Source: Isurus oxyrinchus (taxonomy: Eukaryota). From it: 64,000 bases of DNA. A model generated the notes under the pieces. That model had not been told where the DNA came from. It saw only the letters and a list, made by a program, of their open reading frames with translations, and ran no database searches. Shown here one piece after another: positions 53,455-64,000 of the stretch; positions within the stretch are counted from its first letter, which is position 1; each line of letters opens with the position of its first letter. A program made the position numbers and the translations under genes. The stretch covers positions 1,674,001 to 1,738,000 of the forward strand of contig JANJGN010000048.1 in assembly GCA_026770705.1 (NCBI GenBank). Reading direction: 5' to 3'.

Positions 53455-55004
53455 AGTGATGGTGACCAAGAAACCGCCATCAATTGTTGTAAAAACTCAT
53501 CTGGTTCACTAACATCCTTCTGGAAAGGAAATCCTTCATCCTTTTCAGGCCTGAGCTACATGTGACTTTCCACACATAGGTATGTGGTTGACTTCTAACT
53601 GCCCCCTGAAATGGCCCAGCAAGTCACTCAGTTCAAGGGCAATTAGGGATGGGTAACTATAGCAGGTCTTGCAATTACGCCTACATACCATGAAAGAGCA
53701 AAAGGAACAAAAATTATGTCCTTTGCATTCGCTGCTGACAGTGTGGACTCCTCTACTATATGAAGACTCAACAGAGGCTGGTTGGCCACTTTGCACAACA
53801 ACTCAGTTCTTTCAGACAAGTATGATTCCAACCTATTGGTTGCTTGATATTCCTGTTCATCATCTTGCTCTCATGCTCACATTTCTGTCCTCGACCTGAT
53901 GCAAAGTTCCAGTGAAGCCCAACAAAGCTGTGGGAAAAGATCCTCATCTTCCAGTTAGGCGTCTTCCAGCATCATGGACTCAACACTGAGATCAACATCG
54001 TCAGAGCATAAACTCTGTCCTCTATTTGTATTATTTTCCCCAATTGTCAGTCCTTATCTTGTTCTGATGTTTTGCTTTCAGACAGCGCTAACCATTATTC
54101 TCCTCTTACATTATGCAGTTTTGCTTTCAGTCAGAGCTTACCTTTAAGAAATTCCATGTATCTGCCATTTCCCAGATACAAAGGTAGTTGGGCATAGTTT
54201 ACCCTTGTCACTGCCATGTATGACGTCGCTTGAGAAATTGCAATGGCCGCTTTTCGCTTGGATAACAATGTCTGCATCTCACGTGTAGAATGTCAAACAC
54301 GGGGATCGGGAAATGGTGGGCAAAATTTTGAAAGGGGCAACAGATTCAGGATCTTTGGAGAGCACAGGCAGATTGGAGATGGGGGCGGAAGCTTGCCGGT
54401 GCAGAGAGTTCATTACCTCCACTTTTCTTTTGAGAGGCGACATGACAAAACAAGTTTGAAACGAAGGATGGTGCCTTAGGAGAGAATCCTGAACAATATT
54501 GAATGACCTGGAAACCAGGATGGGAAGTTGAGGGGTCAGCAATTTAGTGGGACCGGAGCCCAGGGAACAGGAGGCAGGGCTTATGGACAGGATGGGTTCC
54601 CCAGTACTCAGAGCAGCTCAACAGTGCCCTCCCTGGAGAGTCACTGACAGCAACTCCTGCATCCCACTTCTGGACTGCAGATGTACAAACGCATCAGAAC
54701 TAATAGGCCTAAGGAAGGGATGGTGGACAGAATGATGGTGATAACAATTTAGCCCTTGCAAGCTGAAATGTAAACATAAAGAGCTGAATAACTCGTCAGA
54801 AGTGGAGAGAGAAGCAGGAGGTTTTCAGAACCGAATATGAGTCTTCTTCTGAACAAAGGAAAGACTTATGGGTGTGATGGGTTCTGTGCTGTTGAAACAA
54901 AGGGCAGAAGGACAGCTGGAGCTAAAGAGGTGAGGGATAAGTTAGATAGAGGGAAGCATTGAACGAAAAAGGTGCCATTGAAAACAAGACAAAGAGACTC
55001 AGAA

Positions 55005-55370
55005 ATAACCTATTCTGAAAACTCTAGCCTGCCTCCAAATTCAACCCCAACAACAAGTGTGAAGAGCTGATGGAACAATCTGTCATTTGGCTTGGGACTG
55101 TCCAATGAGCTGTCTCTTCCAGTGCTAACACATTCTGCTATTTTGCTCTCAGACAGAGCCCCCATTTATTCTGCTGTTATCACCTTCTCTGGGCGACTGA
55201 TTCCTGCCACAAAGAAATATCAGAATGTGTTCGCACTAGAAGAGGCAGCTTATTAGACAGTCAAAAGCATAATGGCAAAGAGATCAATCAGCTCCTCGCA
55301 CTTGTTGTTGGGAGTGAGTGTGATGGCCGACGAGAGTGTTTCTGAATAAGGTATGGATTAGTGAACGCAA
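55005..55370. repeat. Foldback copy with the inner right arm deleted
   Basis: gccacaaag joins aaatatcagaatgtg at ~55213. Confidence 0.8.
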
Positions 55371-56709
55371 TCCCTGCGCTATCTCTGCATCCCAGCATGG
55401 TCCTGAAATGAAGAATGGTTTCATTCGATGAGGGAGCGAACTTAGATTGTATCACTGCTGCAACACACCCTGACAGTTGGCATCTCAACCAGTAATTCAC
55501 CCTATTCTCTCAGTTCTGTGCCCCTTGGAGTTTAGCACAGATGGGAGCTATACTGTGGCAGTGGCCAGCGAGAGGAAACTCATGGATTTAAGAGAGAGCA
55601 AGACATCGAAGATGGCTAAGCCAAGAGAGTGACTACGAAACTGATTGGTAACTTTCCATCGAGAGAGGGGATCAGGAGAACGGCAGTGAAGATATTGAGG
55701 TTCCAATAGCTTGTTGATACTTTGGTATGGGCTGGCGAAAGGGGACTTTGGTTAAGAGGGCAGGTACAGAGTGAGATTGCCAAAGAAGGAGAAAGTGCGA
55801 GGCAAATGAGAGGAAGCACCAAGGTGTGACCCCGTTGCAAATGCCAGGCTAGCGCCATGACAGGCTGGGCTGGTGGATGGGAGAAGGAGAATTGGAGGCT
55901 TCATTCTCAGGGAAGGTGCCATCCACCCATGTCCAGGTTTCCAATAAGGCCAAGGCCGTGAAATAATCACCAACATTCTCGATACAACCATGCTAATTCT
56001 CGATACAATCACCCTCAATCTCGATACAATCTTCCCCAATCTCAATACAATCACCTCCAATCTCGATACAATCACCTCGACTATCGATACAGTCACTTCT
56101 ATTAGGCTCATGAATATCAAATCCTCCCCAAAACTCAAATGCTGGTAACTGTTTCTCCCCATTGACTCTGTCCAGACACCGTCATGAATTTGAACGCATC
56201 CAACACCTTGTATCAACATTCCGTCCTCAATGAGGAAAAGTCCCAATCTCTGCATCTCCTCCACAGAACTGATGCTTCTTGTTTGTTGAGCGCTCCCGGT
56301 TATAACCTCGGTGCAACCCATTCATAAACCGTCACATCCTTCCTAAAGAGTGCTGCCTAGAATGTGACACCATACTCAGGGTGAGTTACTTACTGAGCTG
56401 GACTGATCGACAAACTCCCAGGCACCGTGAAGCAGAGACATGGACTCGAATAAATGAGTGCTTGTATTCTGAATGCCATGAGTCAACAAGAACACAAAAC
56501 ACTGAAAGTACAAATGTCTCAATGAACAACCACAGATGCTGCTTTGATTATGTGAACATTTTTATTTTGAAACCTGTCTGACAGATGGCGCATCCTTCAT
56601 TGAATTCGGATGTTGGCAAATGATCGCTTTCTGCACAAATGAAGCGAGTTTTCCATGTCTGTGTGTGTAAAGGTGAGAAACTGTGCACAGCTGCATTCAA
56701 AGGATGCAG

Positions 56710-56781
56710 TGGAGACGCTGGGAATTGAAACCAGGATACTAATCATGCAAAGCAAATGATCTACCACTGAGCTAAATCCCC
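56710..56781 (-). pseudogene. tRNA-Ala(TGC) pseudogene
   Basis: Residual similarity; anticodon stem and variable region scrambled. Confidence 0.85.
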
Positions 56782-58513
56782 ACAAGGAAGAGCTATGGGC
56801 ATAAAGAAGCAGAAATGAAGACCATCAATACCCCTTTTTCTTTTTGTGTGACATATTTAGCAATCTCTTCATTGCTTCCACCTACCACTGGCCCTCTATC
56901 CAACTCCACCTGTCCCACCCCCTCAATCAGATTATATTTCACCTCATTTCTACTTTTCCTGCTGCAAAGCCACAAAACATTCGCCCAGAGTAGGTGAGAA
57001 CAGCAGAATAATATGGGCGAAGTCTGAGAGCAAAATAGCAGAATGTGATCGCACTGGAAGAGGCAGCTCATTTTACTTTCCAAAGCCTAATGACAAAGAG
57101 TTCAAACAGCTCCTCGCACTTGCTGTTGGGGGTGAGTGTGTCGGCCTGCGAGAGTGTTTCAGAATAAGGTATGGATTAGTGAATGGAATCCCTGCACTAT
57201 CTTTGCATCCCAGCATAGTCCTGGAATGGAGAATGGTTTCATTCGATAAGGGAGCGACCTTACATTGTTCCACGTGCTACAACACACGCTGGCAATGGGC
57301 ATTTTGACCAGTTACTCACTATATCCTTTCAGGCCTATGTCCATAGCGTTAAGCAGAGATGGGACCTCTACCGGGGCAAAGGCTGGTCTGATCAAAATAA
57401 TGGATTTAATAGAGAGCAGGACATCGAAGATGGCAAGGCCAAGAGACTGACTGCGAAACTGATTGGTAACTTTCCATCGAGCGATGGGTTCAGGGAGGAG
57501 GGTAAGCGGGCAAGAAGTACAGAGGAGATGGAATATATGGAATTAGAGATGACTTAACGAGAGGCCAGTATTCACACGCTGCCGTGGCAGGGGGAGAGCA
57601 GCAGTGAAGATATCTAGGTGCCGATGCTTTGATGACAATATGGTGAGGGCTGGCGAAGGGGGATTATGGACGAAAGGGCTGGAATGCAGTGAGATTTTAA
57701 AAAAGCAGAAAAGAAGCACCAAAGTTTAACTTGGTTGGAAATGCCAGGCTAGCGCCATGACAGGCTGGGCTGGGTGGATGGTAGAGGGAGAAGTGGAGGC
57801 TTCATTCACAGTGAAGCTGCCATCCACCCATGTCCAGATTTCCAATAAGGCCATGGTCCCGATATAATCACCAACAATCTCGATACAATCAACCCCCATC
57901 TCGATACAGTCACTAATAGTTTCCCAAATGTGAAACTCTCCCGATATCTCAAACACAGGGAATTGTTTCTCCCGATCGACTCTGTCTAGAACCCACATGA
58001 TTTTGAACGCCTCTATCAAACGTCCAGTTAAGATTCCCTACTCGGAGGGGAAAATCCGCAGATTCTACCCCTCCTCCATGGAACATATATCTAGTGCGCC
58101 CCTGGCTATACCCTCAGAGCAACCAATTCATGAACTTTTGCATCCTTCCGAAGGAGTGCTGCCTAGAATGTGACACCAAACTCAGGGTCAGTTACTGACT
58201 GAGCGGGACTGATCCACAAACTCCCAGCACCGTGAAGCAGAGACATGGACTCTGCTGCACCGGTGCTTGAAATCTGAGTGTTGTGAGTCAACAAGCACAC
58301 AAAACACTGAAGTACAAATGTCTCAGTGAACAACCACAGATGCAGCTTTGAGTATGTGAAAAGCTTTATTTTGAAGCCATTCCCACAGATGGAGCATCCT
58401 TTATTGAATTCGGATGTTGGCCAATGATCGCTTTCTGCGCATATGAAGCGTGTTTACCATGTCTACCTGGGTAATGGTGAGAAACTGTGCATGGCTGTAT
58501 TCAAAAGACGAAG

Positions 58514-58587
58514 TGGAGATGCCGGGGATTCGAACTCGGGAAGCTGATATATGCAAAGGATGTGCTTGACCAGTGAGCTATATGACA
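58514..58587 (-). pseudogene. tRNA-Ala(TGC) pseudogene
   Basis: tggagatgccggggattcgaac...atgcaaag...gagcta, with indels and a destroyed 5' acceptor strand. Confidence 0.8.
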
Positions 58588-59911
58588 ACCTGCTTTAGCT
58601 GTTGCACATAAAGATGCACAAATTATTCAACACACTTTGTCTTTTTGTCTGTAACATTTTTGACAATCTCTTCTTTGCCTCCACCTATCACTGGCCCTCT
58701 ATCCAACTGTACCTGTCCCACCCCCTCAACCAGCTTATATTTCACCTCATTTCTACTTTTCCTCAGGTCTAGTGAAGTGTCATTTGGAATCGAAACGAGA
58801 ACTGTATTCCTCTCCGCAGATGCTCTCAGACCTGCTGAGGCTTTCCAGCTATTTTTATTTTTGTGTAGTTACAGGCAATTCCACCCTCTGAAACTGTTTT
58901 ACAAGTAAATAGAAACCCTCCTTTCAGATGAAGCAAATATTTACTGCTTCCTCTTGCACTCACGAAGGGTAACACTTGTAATCTGGTTGTATTAGGATGG
59001 TTGAGCCCCAGGCTCATCCACTGGGGACATGGATTCAAGTGGAAATTTAGGTACCAATATGTAGAATTGAAAACTCGTCTCCCAGTAACGGTGATCTTGA
59101 AAATGCCATAGATTGATTTAGAAACCCATCTGGTTCAGTAACACCCTTCAGGGAAGGAAATACTTCATCCTTCTCAGGCCTGCTTTACTTGTGACCTACC
59201 GCACATAGGTATGTGGTTGATTATTAACTACCCCCTGAAAGGGCCCAGCAAATCACACAGTTCAAGGGCAATTGGGGACGGTTAACAAAAGGCATATCGT
59301 GCCAATGACACACACATCCCATGAAAGAACAAAGGAAATATAAAATTAATCTATTGTATTTGCTGTTGACAGTATGGACTCCAGCACTTTGGGATAACTC
59401 AACACAGGCTGGGTGAGCACTTTGTAGAACGTCTCTGCTGAGTCCACAGACATGGCTCCGCCCCGGTTGCTATTCCAGTCCAGCATCTTGCTCTCATGCT
59501 CACATTTCAGTCCTCGGCCTGATGCAATGTTCCAGTGAAGCCCAACAAAGCTGTGGGAAAATAACCTCATCTTCCAATTTGGCGTCTTCCAGCCTTATGG
59601 ACTCAAAACTGAATTCAACATCTTTAGACCATGAAATCTGTCCTCTATTTGTGTTATTTTTTCCCGATTTTCAGTTTATATCATTTTCTCATGTTTTGCT
59701 TTCAGGCAGCCCTCATCTTTATTATCCTATTCCCACATTCTGCTATTTTGCTCTCAGACACCGCTGACCTCTAATCGGCTATCAACACCTGCTCTGGACC
59801 AATGTTTTGTACTCTTACGCAGACCATTCCCCCACTCTTTCCCATTTGTTCCATGACATCTTTGTACTTTAATTTCCCCAGCCCTCAAATCAATATGGCC
59901 AAGTCCCCGAT

Positions 59912-60345
59912 TTAATCACCAAACATCTCGGTACAATCACTAACAATTTCAACACTCACCCCGATTTTGATACAATCACCCCCAATCTCGATGCAATCAC
60001 CCAAATCTCGATACAATCATTCTCAATCTCGATACAATCAACACGATCTCGATACAATCATCCCCAATCTCGATACACTCAGCCCGATCTCAATACAATC
60101 ACTCCCAATCTCAATACAATCACTCCCAATCTCGATACAATCACTCCCAATCTGGATACATCACCCCCAATCTCGATACACACACCCCGATCGCGACACA
60201 GTCACCCCCAATGTCGATACAATCAGCAACAATCTCCATACAGTCAACCCCAATCTCGATAAAATCAACACAAATCTCGATACAATTACCCAAATATCCA
60301 CACAATCATCCCAATCTCGATCCAATCACCACAAATCTCGATAAA
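59912..60345 (+). repeat. 20-21-bp minisatellite
   Basis: Tandem units visible. Confidence 0.9.
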
Positions 60346-60957
60346 CCACTTCTAGTATGTTCAAGAATGTCAACTCCACCCAACATATCAAGCGCTGGGA
60401 ACTGTTTCTCCCCATGGACATTGTCCAGACCCCCCATGATTTTGAACGCCTCTATCAAACCTCCTGTCAACATTACCTCCTCGAAGGGGAAAAGCCCCAG
60501 ACTCTGCACCACCTCCATGGAACTGAAGCTTCTTGTCACTCGTTCGCCCCTGGTTATAACCTCAGTGCAAGCCATCCATAAACCTTCACATACTTCCTAA
60601 AGAGTGCTGCCTAGAATGTGACACCATACTCAGAGTGAATTAATTACCGAGCACTTCACCAGGCACTGTGAAGCAGAGACATGGACTCTGCTGAATGAGT
60701 GCTTCAAATGTCGCGCCTCAGCAAGCACACAAAACACTGAAGGTAAAAATACGTGGCTGCGAGTCCTCATGGTTATCTCAATGAACAACCACAGATGCTG
60801 CTTTCATTATGTAAAGAGCTTTATTTTGAAGCCATTCCGACAGATGGTGCTTCCTTTATTGCATTTGGATGTTGGCGAATGATCACTTTCTTCATATATT
60901 ATCATGTCTGTGTGTGTAAAGGAGAGAAACTGTGCATGGCTGCTTCAAAAAATGAAA

Positions 60958-61029
60958 TGGACACGCTGGGGATTGAACCTGGCACCTAATACCTGTGAAG
61001 CATGCGCTCTACCACTGGGTGACATCCCC
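60958..61029 (-). pseudogene. tRNA-Ala pseudogene (anticodon position CAC)
   Basis: Aligns to tRNA-Ala; D-stem broken and a G-G mismatch in the acceptor stem. Confidence 0.85.
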
Positions 61030-63659
61030 ACCAGCGACTCCTGTGGCCTTAAAAAAGCTAAAATGATTCAACAGCACGTTGTTCTTTTGTCTGTGACACC
61101 TTTGACCATCTCTTCTTTGCCTCTACCTTTCCCTGGCCCTTTACCCAGCTCTACCTGTCCCACCCCCTCAACTAGCATATATTTCACCTCACTTCTATTT
61201 TTCCACAGTTCTGATGAAGTGTCATATCGACTCGAAAAGTGACCCTGTATTCCTCTCCGCAGAAGCTGTCAGACCAGCTGAGATTTTCCATATATTTTTA
61301 TTTTTGTGTAGTTACAAGTAATTTCACCCGCTGAACCTGTTCTACAAATAAGTAGAAACAGTCCTTTCAGGTGAAGCAACTATTTACTGCTTCTTCTTCC
61401 ACTCACGAAGGGTAACAGTTGTAATGTGGTTATATTAGTTTGGTTCAGCCCCAGGTTCATCCACTGGGAACATGGATTCAAGTCGAAATTTAGGTACAAA
61501 TATGTTGAATTGAAAACTCGTCTCCCAGTTATGGTGACCATGAAATTGCCATCGATTGATGAAAACCCATCTGATTCACTAACATCTTTCAGGGAAGAAA
61601 AACCTTCATCCTTATCAGGCCTGTCCTACTAACGACTTTCCACATCGTGGTGTCTGCTTCACTCTTAACTGCCCTCTGGAAGGGCCCTGAAGGTCATTCA
61701 GTTCAAGGGCAATTAGCGATGGGGAATAAAAGCTGATCCTCTCTGTGAAGCCCACATCCCATGAAAGAACAAAGGAAATATAAAATTAGCCCATTGCATT
61801 CGCTGCTGATAGTGTGGACTCCTCTACTTTGGGATAACTCAACACTGGCTGGATCATGACCTTGTAGAACATCTCTGCTCAGTCTAGAAACATTGTCCCG
61901 CCCCGATTGCTATTCCAGTCCAGCATCTTGCTCTCATGCTCACATTTCAGTCCTCGGCCTGATGCAATGTTCCAGTGAAGACCAACAAAGCTGTGGGAAA
62001 AGAACCCCATCTTCCACTTTGGCATCTTCCAGCCTTATGGACTCAGCACCTAATTCAACAGCTTCAGAGCATGAACTCTGTCCTCCATTTGTATTATTTT
62101 CCCCGATTTTCAGTCTATATCGTGTTCTCATGTTTTGCTTTCAGGCAGCACTGACCTCTATTCTCCTATTACCACATTCTGATATTTTACTTTCAGACAG
62201 CTCTGAGCTTTACTCTGCTAGTAGCACCTGCTCTGGACCAATGCTTTGTTCCTTTGCTTTTTACTATTCCCCCTTTCCTTGCATTTTGTTCCATGGCATC
62301 TTTGGAATTTAATCTCCCCAAACCTCTAATCAATTCATGACCTTTTTTTTGCTCCACCTTCCCCCTCACCTTGTGTTCAGCAGCAGAAACGCCAGCACAT
62401 TCCACCACTTCTCATTTCAGAAGAAGTGTTATATTGAAGGTGAAACCTTAACTCTGTTTCTCTCTCCAAAGAGGCTGCTAGACCTGCTGAGATTTTTCCA
62501 CAGATATTTATTAATTTTTATTTTTGCCGTTAAGTGCCTGTTCTGTGAAGAAATTCCATGTATCTGCCATTTCCCAGTTATAGAGGTAATTGTGCATCCT
62601 TTACCCTTGTCCATGCCAAGTATGGGTTGCTTATGAATTTCCTATGGTTTCTTTTCGATTGGTTAACAGGGGCTGCATCCCACTTGGAGAATTTGAAACA
62701 TGGAACTCTGCAAATGATGGGCAAATGTTTTGAATGCGGCAACACATTCAGGGACTTTGGAGAGGAGAGGGAGATTGGAGATTTGGGTGGTGTTTTGCAG
62801 TTGCAGTGAATTCATTATCACTACATTTTCCAGAGAAGTGACATGACAAAACCAGTTTGAAACAGAAGGTCGTGCCTCAAGAGAGAACCGTGAACAATAT
62901 GGACTGACCTGGGAGCGAGGATGGGAGGTTGCATGGTCAGCAATTTAGTGGGAACAGGACCCAGTGGACAGGAGGAGGGGCTCATTGACAGGATGAGTTC
63001 CTTTGTTCTCGGAGCAGCTCAATTGCGCCCTCCCTGGACAGTCACTGACATCTACATTTCCCTGCCTGACAGCACAAGCCATAAAGTGGGGGTGGGGGGC
63101 GGGGGGCGGGGGGGGGGGGGGGGGAGGTGGGAGGAACTGGCCGGTTCCATGTAGAAGTGTTAAAATTCTTGCTGCTGTTGTTTTCAAGTCTCCGCACCGT
63201 GCATTAAAAAAGGAAACTCGTGGCCTTAAAGATGTAAAGCAGCTGTGAAACTGATTGGAAACTTTCCATCGTGAGAGGGGTTCATGGGCAGCGAGTTCAG
63301 AGGAAAGAAAATATAAGGAATTTGAGATGCAGTAAAGGGAGGCGAGAAGTCACATAGTGCCGTGGCACAGGGAGAGCATCAGTGAAGATATCTAGGGGCC
63401 AATGGTTTGATGGTAATTTGGTGAGGCCAGGCGAAGAGGGATTTTGGAAGAGAGGTGGGAATACAGTGAGATTGCCAAAGAAGGAGAAAGGGTGAGACAA
63501 ATAAAAGGAAGCACCAAGGTGTGACGTAGTTGCAAATGCCAGACTAGCGCCATGACAGGCTGGGCTCAGTGGATAGGGGAGGGGGAAGTGGAGGGTTCAT
63601 TCAAAGGGAAGGTGACATCCACCCATGTCTATGTTTCCTATATGGCCAAGGCCCCAAAA

Positions 63660-64000
63660 TAATCACCAACAATCTCGATACAGTCACCCTGATCTCCATA
63701 CAGTCACCCTGATCTCCATACAGTCACTCTCAATCTCGAGGCAATCATCCCTAACCATGATACAATCACTCCCAATCTCGATACAATCACCCCGATCTCG
63801 ATACAATCACCCCGATCTCGATACAATCACCCCATCTCGATACAATCACCCCGATCTCGATACAATCACCCCGATCTCGATACAATCACCCCGATCTCGA
63901 TACAATCACCCCGATCTCAATACAATCACCCCATCTCGATACAATCACCCCGATCTCGATACAATCACCCCGATCTCGATACAATCACCCCATCTCGATA
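63660..64000 (+). repeat. Homogeneous 19-20-bp minisatellite (cgatctcgatacaatcaccc)n running off the window
   Basis: Near-perfect period-20 repeats from ~63775. Confidence 0.95.

Larger units (their letters stand above)
1..64000. repeat. Degenerate tandem macrosatellite array of tRNA-Ala-containing units (~2-6 kb each, about 17 units or part-units)
   Basis: The same ordered modules (tRNA, Penelope/SINE, L2, foldback, minisatellite, CR1) recur throughout. tRNA 5' ends fall at 18, 5682, 9564, 15344, 19545, 23968, 29777, 35123, 39366, 43456, 47898, 51274, 53155, 56781, ~58587 and 61029. Confidence 0.95.

Noticed and set aside
53317-53565. Poly-proline protein ORF
   Set aside because: Arises from a poly-C expansion inside a SINE copy.

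Overview
Eukaryotic (vertebrate) repetitive DNA. The transposon families look like those of cartilaginous fish (sharks); this is inferred from recalled family consensus, not from a search. No intact protein-coding gene is evident. The whole window is a degenerate tandem macro-array of ~2-6 kb units (typical full unit ~4.2-4.5 kb), most carrying one minus-strand tRNA-Ala gene: 15 full-length copies plus one truncated by the window edge. Three copies (23897, 29706, 51203) look intact (Ala-TGC); the rest are decayed, and several descend from Ala-CGC. Reading the + strand from a tRNA, the consensus unit is a nested stack of old retroelement debris: [optional Penelope-like terminal fragment with a minimal hammerhead motif] - Penelope GIY-YIG 3' end split by a SINE - Penelope terminal repeat - minus-strand L2 LINE ORF2 interrupted by a minus-strand Penelope terminus and a ~450-bp foldback palindrome - 20/21-bp minisatellite - minus-strand CR1 fragment - next tRNA. 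Superimposed on this are a recent ~7.4-kb higher-order duplication (offset ~23,950), a young 129-bp Penelope/hammerhead insertion with a 14-bp TSD, a ~1.24-kb CR1 insertion, local inversions and many microhomology deletions concentrated at the palindrome. tRNA, TSD and hammerhead coordinates were counted by hand; module boundaries are approximate (about +/-20 bp).
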